Positions 25,391 to 38,340 of a stretch of DNA of 64,000 nt are shown here, piece by piece (within the stretch, counting starts at the first letter, position 1; each line of letters starts with the position of its first letter). Under the pieces are notes generated by a model. That model did no database searches. It saw nothing but the letters and a program-made list of their open reading frames with translations, and was not told the DNA's origin. Source of the stretch: Cetorhinus maximus (taxonomy: Eukaryota); contig NC_135893.1 in NCBI RefSeq assembly GCF_964194155.1, forward strand, positions 34,224,001-34,288,000, written 5' to 3'. The translations under genes were made by a program, and so were the position numbers.

Positions 25391-27194
25391 CTCTACCACA
25401 GCCCCTGTGGAGGGGTGGCTCCTGTTGTACTGCTGCTCAGCCTCTGTTCTTGGGTGGCAGAGAGGCATCATGAGCAGATAGTCCTTGTCATCCAGCAGCC
25501 ATCCATCCAGCTGGGCTGGAACACTGAAGAGCCTCGGCATCTGGGAGTGTCTGAGGATGTAAGCGTCATGGGAGCTGCCTGGGTATCTTGCACAGACTTG
25601 CAGAATCAGCATCCTGTGGTCACACACTATCTGCACGTTCATGGAGTGGAAGCCCTTCCTGTTGACGAAGGCACTGGGCTCACCCGCTGGCGCCTTGATG
25701 GCCACATGTGTACAGTCTATTGTAACCTGGACGCGGGGGAATCCAGCAATCACTGCGAAGCCTCTGGCTCGCTCAGCCTGGCTGGCCTCGTCCATACAGT
25801 AACGAATGAAAGTCAATACACGCCTGAACAGAGCTTCTGTCACCAGTTTGACGCAACTGTGGACAGCTGATTGGGAGACTCCACACAGATCCCCCCACTG
25901 AGCTCTGGAAAGAGCCGGAGGCATAGAGGTTGAGGGCCACTGTGATCTTCAGAGCCACTGGCATGGGGTGTAGAGCCACACAATCAGAGCTGATCTCAGG
26001 GCCGATCATCTGGCAAATGGAGGTGACTGTCTCCCTTGGGAGACGGAGCCTCCTTCAGCATTGCACTTCAGACATATTGAGGTAGCTGCTTCGCCGCCTG
26101 CAAACCCTGGCAGCAGGATAGTGGCGTCTTCTGCGGCCCCTTCCACCTTGGCCTTCCTGCTGGCCCTGTGCCCCTTGTGACTGCACCTCTCCCCCCACAG
26201 GTCACGCCCCTGGAGGCTGAATAGCGACACCTGGCCTCCTCCCCCTTCTGGCCCTCTCTTCCTCCTCAGAGGAGGTGCCTCCAGCAGAGAGCACAATCCC
26301 CATTACCAATCTTCTCCTTTTAAGCATAAAATATTGCACTCCTTATGGTGAACAAAAAAATTATAACAAAATAAGCCTAACCCAGTTACACTTGGCACAT
26401 ATCAAGTGCTCACAACATAAGATTCCTCTAAAGCCCATTTATTGAATCTGTTGTTTAATTCTTTTGATCTAATCCCTATTTTTATAGAATGGAAACCTGA
26501 CCAAACCTTACCATTACCAGAGTAAGAGAAGGCTGTCTGATACCTGGAAAGCCCCAGATGGTGTGAATCCTCCGGGAGCCTGGAAAACAACACTGAGTCC
26601 TGAACTGAAGCTTTTAAATGGCCTGAATGCAGCACTGAAGCGAAATGAAGCTCTCCTTGTTCACAGGAGCAAGCAGCAGCAAGTGATATCCAAAACTACT
26701 CACTATTCGCTTTGCAAAGCCCACTGACCCCTCTTATCCTGCCCGTGGATGAGGTTTTACAAATTGTGGCCTGCCCGCCTGCCCGTTTTGCCCGTGCGAT
26801 GCCCTGAAAATTGCACAGTCTACGTAAACTCAGAGTCAGTTGGTCTCTCAAGGGCCTTAACTGGCCACTTAATTAATGGCGGGCACGCCTCCTTCTTCGT
26901 CGCGCGCACACCCGGCGAAATATCGCGAGAGTGAGCGTTGACGTCGGGACGCTCGTCCGACATCAACATGCTTTATTTCATGCACGGGCGTGTCGGGCAC
27001 ATGCCCGCATGCCAAGGGTAAAATTCTGCCTGATATAATGGTTTAAATGATGTGTAACAATTATTTTACCTGTAATGAAGCATTGAATAAAAAAAACAAA
27101 TCTGTCAAACTTCCATGTGTTTGTGTAAGAAAACCTTGTTTTTGTGCTGCGCTGTATTCAAGTGTCATTCCCAAAGGCCATTGTGGAGGTTGTT

Positions 27195-27535
27195 TGTGGA
27201 GGTAGTTTCCCCTTGTGGGAGAGTCTAGGACCAGGGGTCATAATCTCAGAGTAAGGGGACGCCCATTTAAGACAGAGATGAGGAGGAATTTCTTCTCTCT
27301 GAGGGTAGTGAATCTGTGGAATTCTTTACCGCAGAGGGCTGTAGAGGCTGGGTCGTTAAGTATATTCAAGGCTGAGATAGGCAGATTTTTAATCAGTAAG
27401 GGATTCCAGGGGTATTGGGAAAAGGCAGGAAAGTGGAGTTGAGGATTATCAGATCAGCCATGATCTCATTAAATGGTAGAGCAGACGCGATGGGCCGAAT
27501 GGCCTACTTCTGCTGCTACGTCTTATGGTCTCATG
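27195..27535 (+). mobile_element. CR1 LINE 3' fragment
   Basis: GESRTRGHNLRVRGRPFKTEMRRNFFS.. followed by the 3' UTR and a tcttatgg tail. Confidence 0.92.
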
Positions 27536-27899
27536 GAGGCCACTGGGCCTGACGAGCCCTGGGTCATTGATTATCTTCTGGACTTGATCGCAAATTTCAG
27601 CTCCTATTGGTTGAGCTATGCCTCTAGGATTGGAAAATGCTTCCTCGGTGGATTTAGACCAATTAAGGACCAGTTTTTGGAGCTTTTACTATCTTGTCAT
27701 TGGAATGCTTCACAGCCTTTTCACGAAGTTTTTGGTGATCTTAATTTGCCCACGTTATTTTTTTTTTAAACAACAATAAAGAAACAGCCCTTCTTCACCA
27801 TCCATGTCCCCAAGGTCTGAAATATTGTACCAAGCAATACAAAGAAAACCACAGGCAGTCAGCAACAAAGAAGATTGCATGGGACGCTCTGAGTGAAGG

Positions 27900-28130
27900 G
27901 GATGGCAGAGAGAGAGAGAGATAGGGCATACCAACCAGGGCACCAGAGAGAGAGAGAGAGAGAGAGAGAGGTTAAAACAATAAGGGCATCCGAAAGAGAG
28001 AGAGAGAAAGAGAGCAATCTAATCAAGCTATCTGAGAGAGAGGACAAACCAACCAGAGCATCAGATATGGCTAGCCAATTGGGGCATTTGAGAGAGAGAC
28101 ATCAAAACTAGTGGGACATCTGAGACAGAG
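27900..28130. repeat. GA microsatellite-rich degenerate tandem repeat
   Basis: Repeated (GA)n blocks separated by ggcatc/aaac units. Confidence 0.7.
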
Positions 28131-29089
28131 GGCAAGTCAAACAGGGCATCAGGTACATATTCGGAGTAAACAATTGGGCTGCAGTGGTTAGCCATGACTA
28201 GTACAATGAAGATTTACCAATGAATCATCTCAAATAAAGCTGACTGCCCACTTATTTCTGGTCATTTCCCACATTTACACCATCGAGGAATTCCACAGAT
28301 CCACTTTTCTGAGAACTGTTGATTCAAATATTCCCACATAGCTCACAAGGCTGGATATGCAAATACTTTCGACTAATTTTGGAAATGGATGAGACGTATT
28401 TCAGAAGTTGGAGCTGAAATTAGGTTGAATAGGTCAGCTCCTTCAGCAGGCTGTGTTGAGCTCAAATCCCGGTGCCAGTCTGCATTAACCACGTGCTCCC
28501 CCACCCCTCCCCACCCCACTCCCACACAAGCATACAAATTAAAACTAAATGGGCAAATTAAGACCACAAAAAACTTTGGCCGCTGTGAAGAATTCCAATA
28601 AGACAGTAAAAGCTCCAAAAATGAGCCAGAATATCATTCGCTAATAAATTTAATGACACATGAGGTTTATTCGACTGATCTCTGGAACACCAGCCTCTTG
28701 TCGAAGACAGCTGTAATTACTGATCATCCGATTCATCTTCTATGTCCGACTAGACAAATTGAACAAAAGAGTTATTCATAATTTGAATCAATAGAACAGG
28801 GGATGGAATCAAGGAGGCGCATCATTAGAAATATAACCAAAGACCTTATTCATCAGCGACATCCAAACTTACCTGGAATCAATACTTTAGTGTCAAGGGA
28901 ATACATTTGGGATAATTTATGCTGGGCAATGGTAATTGACAATCTCAGAAAAATGAAATTGGGCAGCATGCAGTTTCAGGAAGGCTTTTCTCCATCCGTG
29001 ATTAAATACTTGCGACTGAACCCCTATGGTAGCTGCTGCTGAGATCACTCTGAGCAGTGTTCATCAGGAATGTGTGAAAGCATCAGTGG

Positions 29090-29435
29090 CATGGACAGAG
29101 TAGATAGTCAGAAGCTTTTTCCCGGGGTGGAAGAGTTAATTACTAGAGGACATAGATTTAAGGTGAGAGGAGAAAACTATTAAGGTGATGCGCGGGGCAA
29201 ATTTTTTACGCAGAGGGTAGTGAGTGTCTGGAATTTGCTGCCAGAGGAGGTGGTGGAAGCAGGTACGATAGTGGTGTTTAAGAGGCAGCTTGACAAATAC
29301 ATGAATAAGATGGGAATAGAGGGATACGGACCCCGGAAGTGCAAGATGTTTTAGTTGACGGGCAATATGATCGGTGCAGGCTTGGAGGGCCGAAGGGCCT
29401 GTTCCTGTGCTGTACTTTTCTTTGTTCTTTGTTCA
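29090..29435 (+). mobile_element. CR1 (HER1-like) LINE 3' fragment
   Basis: TRGHRFKVRG...FFTQRVVSVWN.LPEEVVEAG, 3' UTR ggccgaagggcctgttcctgtgctgt, (tttgttc) tail. Confidence 0.88.
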
Positions 29436-29825
29436 TCAGTGTAAAGTCTGCCAGCTAGAAATTCATCTCGGACAATGGTAGAAAACGATTGATATTGTGT
29501 GGTAATTATAGTTTTGGAAAATATTGGATTATAGCTTTAAGAATAATCCTGTGTTATAAGATCACATGATCTGTGTAAACCACTTTGTTAGCAGCGCAAG
29601 AAACTTTTACTGCTGAGCTCTTCTTTAGTTATGGAGTTTGATGCATGCGTGTAGTTGCTGCTGCTGTCTTGTAAATAAAGTTAAATGTGTCCACTAAGAA
29701 AAGTTGTCTGGAAGATCAACTCTATAACAAACTGGCGACAAGGATAAATCAGATTCAGTGCTGTTCCTCACCTAGTGATTGTGAGTATCTAAATTCATTA
29801 AAAATAAAAGATATATACATCTGAA

Positions 29826-31705
29826 ATGACACAGTTTGGCAGCATTTATCCCTTTGAGCCAGCCACAGAAAATTGGTGTCAATATACAGAACATCTTGTG
29901 TTCTTCTTTCAAGCAAACAAAATCATAGGGGAGGAAAAGAGGAAAGCGATTCTCCTGAGTATTTGCGGGAGCAAGACCTACAGATTCAAAGAACTTCAGC
30001 GAATTAGTAGACCTCGTGAGGGGACATTTTCAACCCAAGCCCTCAATCACAATGCAGAGGTTCAGGTTCAATTCACTGAATAGAGCCCTGAGGGAGACAA
30101 ATGCTGTTTATGTGGCAAAATTAAAACAACTAATGAAATATTGTGACTTTGGTGAAACCCTAAATGACATGCTCAGAGACCGTTTAGCATGTGGTATGCA
30201 GGAAGACACTATTCAGCGAAGATTGCTGACTGAAGTGAATCTTGATTTTAAGAAAGTGTTAGAAATAGTGCTGGTGATGGAAAGTGCTGTAAGGGATTCA
30301 CAAGCAAATCAAGGGGCACAAAATGGTGCCACTCTCCTAGTCGGGTGGGAACAGTCAGCCGATAGTGTTGCAAAAAGCTGGGACTCCACAGCAAAGTGGG
30401 AAACAGCCCCCGCTAACCGAAAAATGAGAGGAAACAGCTTAGCAACTAAATGAAAAAATAACTTTCTTCGACGTGGAAGCAATCAGTCTTCTAGCATTTG
30501 GCAATTTAAAAAAGTAGAATGTTATTTTTTCACAGAAGTGGACACATAATGAGATAGTGCAAAGCGAGATTTAAACAGGCTTCCAAACAACAAACGAAGT
30601 CCAATGAAGTCTAAAGTGCAGAAGAGCCAGAAACAACCAATTCTAACATTTATTCATTATTCAACATGAAAGTTGGGAAGACACAGCCAATATTTGTTAC
30701 TGTGCAAGTGAATGGTAAACCATTAAAAATGGAAGTAGACACGGGTGCTTCTGCCATTGTAATAGGAGAACGCACTTTCAGATATTTAAATAAAGGTGAT
30801 CAACAATTAAATTTGGATCAAACATCTGCCAAGTTGAAAATGTACACAGATGAAGAAATCCAAGTAAAATGTATCATCAGAGCAATTGTACATTATAGAC
30901 ACCAATTGGCACAGCTACCAGTGATGGGGGTAGAAGGTGAAGGGCCAAGCCTTCGAAGGCGAGATTGGTTGAAGGAGATTAAATTAAACTGGTCCGAAAT
31001 CTTCCAGTTGCAAGCAGGTGGACTACCAGAGCTGCTAAAAAAAATGACAACATCTTCAGGGATGAACTGGGAAAAATCCAAGGCCTACAGGCCAAGATTT
31101 ACATGGACCCAGAAACAAAACCTCGCTTCTTGAAAGCAAGATCGGTGCCATATGCTCTGAGAGAGAAGGTTGACACTGAGTTGAACCAGCTAGAGGGGCT
31201 GGGTGTCATAAAAATGGTTCAGTTCTCAGAATGAGCAGCACCCATAGTCCCTGTCCTTAAACAAGACCAGACCATCTGGATCTGTGGGGACTATAAACTA
31301 ACGGTCAACAGAGCAGCCAAACAGGACAGGTACACTATTTCCAAGATTGACGACCTATATGCCTATACTAGCAGGAGGGTCAACGTATATAAGCTTGATA
31401 TGAGTCACGTATATGGGCAACTGGAGTTGGATGACGTCTCCCAGGAATTCATAACCATAAATACCCACAAAGGGTTACATCAATATACACGCCTGCCCTT
31501 CGGTGTTTCCTCAGCCTATGCTATTTTTCAGAGGACAATGGAAAGCTCACTACAGGGACTACCTCAGGTTGTGTTCTACCTGGACGATGTACTGATAACA
31601 GGGTTCACAGAAAAGGAACACTTGGCTAACCTAGAGGAAATCTTGAAACGTATTTTTTAAAAGCAGGAGTGCGTCTGAGGAAGGAAAATGCACTTTTCAA
31701 GCAAA
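29826..31705 (+). pseudogene. Gypsy gag-protease-RT, disrupted
   Basis: Gag FEPATENW.QY, LNDMLRDRL.CG; protease MEVDTGAS; RT ICGDYKLTVN, THKGL.QYTRLPFGVSSA, YLDDVLI, KCTFQA. Confidence 0.92.
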
Positions 31706-32070
31706 TGAAGACTGCCTTAAACAACGACATGGAAGAACAGCAGAAGAACCCCAAAGAGACTCTGCTGAATGCCAGAGTTCAAGATGAAGTGAGCGAACTT
31801 TGCAAAGAGAAGGAAAACCTGTTGAAAGACCTTCATACACTACAAGAATCCCTCAGGTCAAAGTTTGTGCCTCTAAAAAATTACAAAGAGAAGCGGGAAG
31901 AATTTAACACCTCTCATAACAAACTGAAGAACCATTTGGCGGAGAAGGTGCAGCAATGTTCAAGTTTCCAGGAGGAAGCCAACAGATATAGGAAGGAGAC
32001 AGGAGAGCTGAAGAATCAGTTAAATAAAGCTAAAGAGGCTTTGAAAGCAAAAGAACTTTCCAAGATGTGA
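31702..32070 (+). pseudogene. Captured host gene fragment, UACA-like coiled coil
   Basis: Open frame QDEVSELCKEKENLLKDLHTLQESLRSKFVPLKNYKEKREEFNTSHNKLKNHLAEKVQQCSSFQEE. It aligns without gaps to the UACA coiled coil as I recall it (QEEIVTLHAEIKAQKKELDTIQECIKVKYAP...LKDQLSEQTQKYSVSEEE). Confidence 0.7.
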
Positions 32071-32414
32071 GTAGATAATTAAGTCATGGGTAGCTCAACT
32101 ACTGAACTATGACAAGTTGAGATTGCATCTGAGGGAAGTCTGGCTGACAGTGAAGTCAAAAAGAAGGCCGAGACTAAACTGAGACTTTAAAAAAAAAATC
32201 ATACTGTGTGGGATTCAGCATTGCTCCCCATCCTGATTTTGTGAATCATTCTAGAACTCTGGATCAGAGGCAACCCATGACTATGCCATTTGTTCACTTG
32301 CAACTATCAGAATTATCATACACAAACGCTAGTCAAACACAAGTCAATCCAACGATACAAGTGCCAGTTCGCAGCATTTGCTTATCCAGGAGTTCCGAAT
32401 ATGCCTCTATCGTT

Positions 32415-32939
32415 TCATCAAGGTGCCGTTTTCAGACAACGCTAAGCCTAATACTTCCCAATTTGGAGGTGAAGGTGAAGAAAAGTCAAGGGAACCAAAA
32501 AGCGACTCATGATTTGCATAGTCATGAGCAATAATTTACTGTTGGTGAAGCAGTATGTGTAAAGAATTTCAGTGCAGGATCGAAGTGGTTACCTGGTAAA
32601 GTGAGTTTTGTGGCCAGACCATTGTCATACCACGTGTAAGTGGAGGGCCGTATCACCCATAAGCATGTGGATCATTTAAGAAAAAGAGAGATACCCCAAC
32701 AAAATGATGTATCACCTGTAACCATTGCTGAACCTATGGTTCCTGTTGAAGTTGCTCAATCAAGGACAGGCATGCCCGATGTCTCCGTCGGAGCAGAGGA
32801 CTCTGAACTGCAAGTGCCGAATGAGGTACCTAATGTTAATGCGGTTCCAGAGAATGTGTTTTCTACAACAGAATCTGAAGTTGTAGAGCTGCAACATTCC
32901 ATGCGAATCAGGAAACCACCTGAAAGACTGAACTTGTAA
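32415..32939 (+). pseudogene. Gypsy integrase C-terminal region
   Basis: RFQTTLSLILP...FTVGEAVCVKNF..GSKWLPG...SY.V..EGRITHKHVDHLRK...RIRKPPERLNL. Confidence 0.85.
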
Positions 32940-32983
32940 TTTCATGACCTGTGTAAATATTGTAATGTCATGAGATAAATATA

Positions 32984-33874
32984 TGTTATGGCACAGCTGA
33001 TGGTAAATGCTGAGTTGTTCAAATCCCAAAGGGAAACTTGAAGCAATTTCCACAACTTGTTTTGCAATTTGTGTGAATTTCGAGATGCATGCCTTGAATT
33101 CAGTAGTGATAAGACCACCAAGTCTTATAGGTTTTTACAAAACTAGATTAAACATTTATTAATAGAATAAATAACTTTAAATACATATATAGATCTACAA
33201 ATTACTACTATGATAACTTCTAAATCCTCTAATCAAACTAATTCCCAGTTACACTTTCATTAAGGCAATAGTAAGACATATTTTTAAAAGACCCAGGCAA
33301 AGTAAATGATACCCTGAACAACTGAATTCAACATGAGTTCTCTTAACTTCAGTCCCTGAAGGCAGCAGTTTGAGGCATAGATGCTGAAGGCGTTTCACAC
33401 TTGTTGAATCTTAGACTGCCTTCCCTTACACACAACCTTTGCTCCTATATACATATTTTCCCCTTTGAATGCAAATTACCATTGTTTTACTATGTCTTTT
33501 GAACTTTACCTCTCTACTAATAAAAAATCTATCATAGTACCAATTCCACCAGTAATCTTTGGGAAAAATAAATAAACACACTATTTCTTACAACTTCTGC
33601 TGGCTAGGTATACATTACACTCCCACTTTTAAAACAATCTAGTCTTGTTTATTTAAAAATGCAAATTGTCCCTTGACACCTACGTTCCTAAACTTCCCCC
33701 AAGTTTACCTAGTTAACAGTTCAAACCTAACTTCTCTTCTTACATCAAAGCACCCAGACTAGCTGCCTCTAATTCAATTAAGTCACACACACACATACAC
33801 ACACACATCCCACTATTACTCTATTTTACAATAAATTCCAGTAACATTATGAGAATTAATATATCTTCCTGACA
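32984..33874 (-). mobile_element. Solo LTR nested in the 3' region of the Gypsy element
   Basis: TGTTA...TGACA termini in AT-rich flanks. Colinear with 49413-50411. Confidence 0.75.
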
Positions 33875-35029
33875 ATATCCTTGTAAATACAAAATGTACA
33901 GAAAAGTTAAAGGGAGAGGAACATAGTAATTATAGTTTGGGGAAATGTTGGACTGCAGCTTTAAGAATAATCCTGTGTTGTAAGATCACATGATCTGTGT
34001 AAACCAATGTGTTAGCAGCACGGGGAACGTCCACAGCAGAGTTCTTCTTTAGTTATGGAGCTTGTTGCACACATGTAGTTGCTGCTGCTAACTTGTAAAT
34101 AAAGTTAAATGTATCCACTAAGAAAAGTTGCCTGGAAGATCAACTCCATAACATATTAGCTTTCCCATTAGACTCAGTGCCTGATTCCATTCCATTGCCC
34201 CGAACAGAATTCAATGTCAGATGTTACGTAGAATGGCCAGCCGATCCGATATCACCCACTTTGCGCCAATGGCCGAGAGAAATTTCTAACCCAAATATTC
34301 TAATATATGTTAATTCCAATAATTGTATGTTGAGGACGAATGAGTCTGAAGCTTGCCTGTACCTTAAAACAGGTTTATTTCCAAGACAGCAAAGTAAAGT
34401 CACAGACTCCCCCGTTTCCTCTCAGACACTCAGGCTGTGTTCTCTTCCTCCAGCTCTCCACAAGAGAGAGAAGGAACACTCATCAATGACAGAGAACAGC
34501 TGCTGAAAGCAATACTCAATGTCTGCTTCCTGCTCAGAAGAGAACACTATAAATCCTGCTCGTGGTTTGTGAGACCAAACACTCTAGAAACACATTTCTC
34601 AAGAAAAAAAACTATAGAAATGATCCCTCAGAGTATAGTGAACTGGTTTACATACTCTTGCAATGATTCCCTAACCTGTCCCCAACTAGGGACAGTTGTG
34701 CTTAATTACTAACTTAAGGCAGATATCCTATTGCAGCACAAATTCAACATTAACAATATAGAGCATCACAAAGGACAAACACTGGGACAAGGAATGACAT
34801 ACCAATGTGACCATTTTGTCTTGCTACTCATAACACATAAAACAAGTCCCCTTGCATTTGGAGAAAAGGTTTACAAGGCTGAATCTGTGCTCCTACATAT
34901 TCCCCAAACCGGTGCAGGAACAGAATTGTATCAAGAAATCACAGGCACCTAATCCATGAATTTCTACCCTAATTTCCCACAATGCACCCCTCCCACTGGA
35001 AGCATACTTCCATTTCCCACTCCATGACT

Positions 35030-35705
35030 TTGAATCCCAGTCAATGTTTTCACTCTAGTGCAGTACAAAGGGAGTGCTGCACTGTAGTAGGAGCTAACTT
35101 TTTGATGAGATGTTAAACTAAGGGCCCAGTCTCTCTTCTCAGCTACTCCTAAAAGATCTCATGTCATGATTTGAAGAAGGACACTAGAGTTCTCCCCAGT
35201 GTCCTGCTGGGAATCTATTCCTCTGCCATCACCTTGTATTTATTTATTTATTTATTTATTCTTTCACAGGACATGAGTGTGGCTGGCTAGGCCAACATTT
35301 TTATTGCCCATCCCTAATTGCCCTTGAGGTGATGATGAGCTGTCTTCCTGACCCGCTGCAGTCCATGTGGTGTAGGTACACCCACAGTGCTGTAAGGGAG
35401 GGAGTTCCAGGATTTTGACCCAGCAACAGTGAAGGAACGGTGATATATTTCCAAGTCAAAATGAAACTCGCAGGTGGTGGTGTTCCCGTGCATCTGCTGA
35501 CCTTGTCCTTCTAGTTGGTAGAGGTCGTGGTTTTGGAAGGTGCTGTCGGAGGAACCTTGGTGATTTGCTAAAACAGATTAAATGGTTGTTATCATGTTGC
35601 TATTAATGGGAGCTTGCTTTGCAGAAATTATCTGCCGCATTTCCTACATTACAATAGCGACTACATTTCAGAAAGTACTTCACTGGCTATAAGGAGTTTT
35701 GGAAC
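35030..35705 (+). mobile_element. DeuSINE split by a LINE 3' tail (35236-35567, minus strand)
   Basis: Deu core gtgcagtac..gggagtgctgcactgt...gatgagatgttaaac. The tail resumes at 35568. Confidence 0.75.
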
Positions 35706-36574
35706 CATCATGTTTTGTTACTTTTGTCTGTCAACAAATGGAAGAGAGCAACAGTTATTGCTTCAGATGGGACCCTTCATTTTGCATTTCAGACCAGTTC
35801 ACAAATTCTAATTAGCACACACCATTAAAGAATACATGACCACAATGAGCAATGTGACCCAAGGGGGTTAACACAGCCATTCCAACTTTGGACCCTGGGG
35901 CCTGATAGACTGACAGAATGATATTGTCCTCCTCACTGCTAAGATCCAGTAGCCTCAGCCCAGCTCTACTGGATACGAACTCACAGAAAAAATTTCCCAA
36001 CCCATAATTACACTCCGAGCAGCCAGAAAATGGCACAGAGCGAGAAATAGACAGTGTGACTGACGCAGTAGGAGAGCTCACCTGAAGGTGATAAGCCAGA
36101 ATTTGGGACATAGTAGATTCAGCTTTTACTCTAGCTTCTTACTATATCGCACCTGACGTTAAGGCTGGATGAGAAACATTGTGAAGTGTTCTATTCTCCA
36201 AAAACAACTTTGATTCCTTTGGAGAGTAGAATCATTTATCAAAAACACTTTTTCATAAAGGCCAATGAATTACAATATGGAGTATTATACAGGATCGAGT
36301 TGATATACTTTCAGTGTTTGAATTATTTTTCAACAACTAGATAGAAACACAAAGCCTAGATGGAAGTTTTATGTACATGCTCCCATTATATAGCAGTCTA
36401 TTTGCATAAAATCCTATTTGTTCCATTGTTGTTTTATGTTCAGATAAAGACACACAAAAGATTGTGGTTATATTCTGATCGCTGTCTTTGTATTCTGAAT
36501 ATATCTGCCGTAGCCCCACTATGTAATGGAGTTTCTCCCATTTCCTTCAGAATTATACACAATAGCATGATGGC

Positions 36575-37825
36575 TTTTATTGCCAGTCAGTTTTTGTGTA
36601 AGAATAAGGAAATCTTGCTGCAATTGTACAGGGTTTGATGAGGTCACACCAGGAATACTCTGTACAGTTTTGATCATCTTACATAAGGAAGGATATACTT
36701 GCTTTTTTTTCATTCATTTATAGGATGTGGGCATTGCTGGCTAGGCCGGCATTTATTGCCCATCCCTAATAGCCCTTGAGAAGGTGGTAGTGAGCTCCCT
36801 TCTTGAACCACTGCAGTCCCTGTGGTGTAGGTACACCCACAGTGCTATTACGAAGGGAATTCCAGGATTTTGACCCAACGACAGTGAAGGAACGGTGATA
36901 TATTTCCAAGTCAGGGTGGTCGTGGTCGAGGGTTTGGAAGGTGCTACCTCAGGAACTTGGTGAGTTCCGGCAGTGCACCTTGTAGATGGTGCACACTGCT
37001 GCCACTGTGCATTGGTGGTGGAGGGAGTGAATGTTTGTCGAAGGGGTGCCAATCAAATGGGCTGCTTTGCCTTGGATTGTGTCAAGCTTCTTGAGTGTTG
37101 TTGGAGCTGTGCTCATCCAGGCAAGTGGGGAGTATTCCATCACACTCCTGACTTGTGCCTTGTAGATGGTGGTTAGGCTTTGGGGAGTCAGGAGGTGAGT
37201 TACTCTCCGTACAATTCCTAGCCTCTGACCTGCTGTTGTATCCACAGTATTTATATGGCTTGTCCAGTTCAGTTCCTGGTCAATGACAACTGCCAGGATG
37301 TCGATAGTGGGGGATTCAGTAATGGTAATGCCATTAAATGTTAGAGAGAATGCCATAAAGGTTCATTGAACTGATTCCTGGGATGAGAGATTGTTTGATG
37401 AAGAGAGAGTGAGAAGAATGGGCCTACATTCTCTGAAGTTTAGAAGAGTGAGAGGTGGCCTTATTGGGATGTATAAAATTCTGAGTGTGTTTGACACGGT
37501 AGATGCTGAGAGGCCATTTCCCCTAGCTGGAGAGTCCAGAACTACAGGGCATAGGCTCAGGATAAAGGATCAACCAGTTGGGGCTGAGATGAGGAGAAAT
37601 TTCTTCACCCACAGGGCTGTGAATCTTTGGAATCCTCTAGCCCAGAGGGTTGTGGCTGGTCAGCCACTGAATACATTTTGGACCAAGAGTAATAGATCTT
37701 TGTGCATGAAGGGAATCAAGGAACATGCAGGGATAGGGTGGGAAAGTGGAGTTGATCAGTCCTGACCTTATTGAATAGTGGAGCAGGCCCAAGGAGCTGT
37801 GTTGACTTCTCCTGCTCCAAGTGTT
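36575..37825 (+). mobile_element. CR1 3' fragment split by an L2-group LINE fragment (about 36703-37345, minus strand)
   Basis: ORF 37391-37765 is a CR1 C-terminus. ORF 36949-37356 reads IYKAQVRSVMEYSPLAW. Confidence 0.85.
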
Positions 37826-37964
37826 GTAATCATCCTGCTTAAAAGAAGCCATTGCTAACTCCAGAATTACAGTACTGAATATTATAGAGAATATATCTAA
37901 CTGATGTAGTTCTGGGATTTACTTTCTCATTAGTGAAGGAAGAAAGACCAAATGCACCAAGAAC

Positions 37965-38340
37965 TCTGCTGGTTATGGTACTGGACTAGCAATCGAGAGA
38001 CAAGTGAACTCATCTCCCATCATGGCAAGTTTATAAATCTGATTTCAGTTTTACAAATCTGTAAAAATAAACTGGTAACAGTGACCATGAAACTGTTGGT
38101 TGTTATAAAAACACATTAATGATCACGAATGTCCTAACCCTGCAATCCTTACCCAGTCTGGCCTTTACGTCACCTCAATCCCACACCAATGTGGGTAACA
38201 TTTATCCACTTTCTCAACTGACTTGGTAAACCACTTGCTTGTATCAAACTGCTACAGTAAAGAAGGTGGCCCACTACCACCTTTTTAAGGCAATAAATGT
38301 CAAACTTACCAGAAATTCCCACTTTCCAAGAATTTCTTTT
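37965..38340 (+). mobile_element. Degraded tRNA-head SINE of the 55405 family
   Basis: ctggactagcaatc...gtgaccatgaaactg...ccttacccagtctggcc, with a LINE-type tail. Confidence 0.6.

Larger units (their letters stand above)
21964..26303 (-). pseudogene. Harbinger DDE transposase (HARBI1-like), split by a LINE insertion
   Basis: ATG at 26303, then LNLYASGSFQ, IAGFPRVQVTIDCTHV, NRKGFHSMNVQIVCD, YPGSSHDAYIL, AVVE. It resumes at about 22275 with RTIGLLKMHFRC..GGALQY and ends RDALIQRSFS*. Contains stops and frameshifts. Confidence 0.93.
19544..27031. mobile_element. Near full-length PIF/Harbinger DNA transposon (inactive)
   Basis: About 29-bp TIRs: GAGCAGAATTTTACCCTTGGCATGCGGGC (19544) and GCCCGCATGCCAAGGGTAAAATTCTGCCT (ending 27031). 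Flanks TAT/GAT. Carries convergent Myb/SANT and DDE transposase genes. Confidence 0.92.
29498..34153 (+). mobile_element. Gypsy (Mag-like) LTR retrotransposon with two LTRs, decayed
   Basis: 232-bp LTRs at 29498-29729 and 33922-34153. PBS TGGCGACAAGG at 29733, PPT AAAGGGAGAGGA just before 33922, 5-bp TSD TATTG/TATTA. Confidence 0.93.

Noticed and set aside
25382-25924. Domesticated host HARBI1 gene
   Set aside because: It lies within TIRs, has stops and frameshifts and a LINE insertion, so it is a transposon copy.
31669-32070. Retroviral env or a functional host exon in place
   Set aside because: No signal peptide, furin site or transmembrane segment. It is fused directly to RT with no splice acceptor and lies between the LTRs.
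35812-36111. 99-aa minus-strand ORF
   Set aside because: No recognisable motif or convincing splice pair, and the length is compatible with chance.
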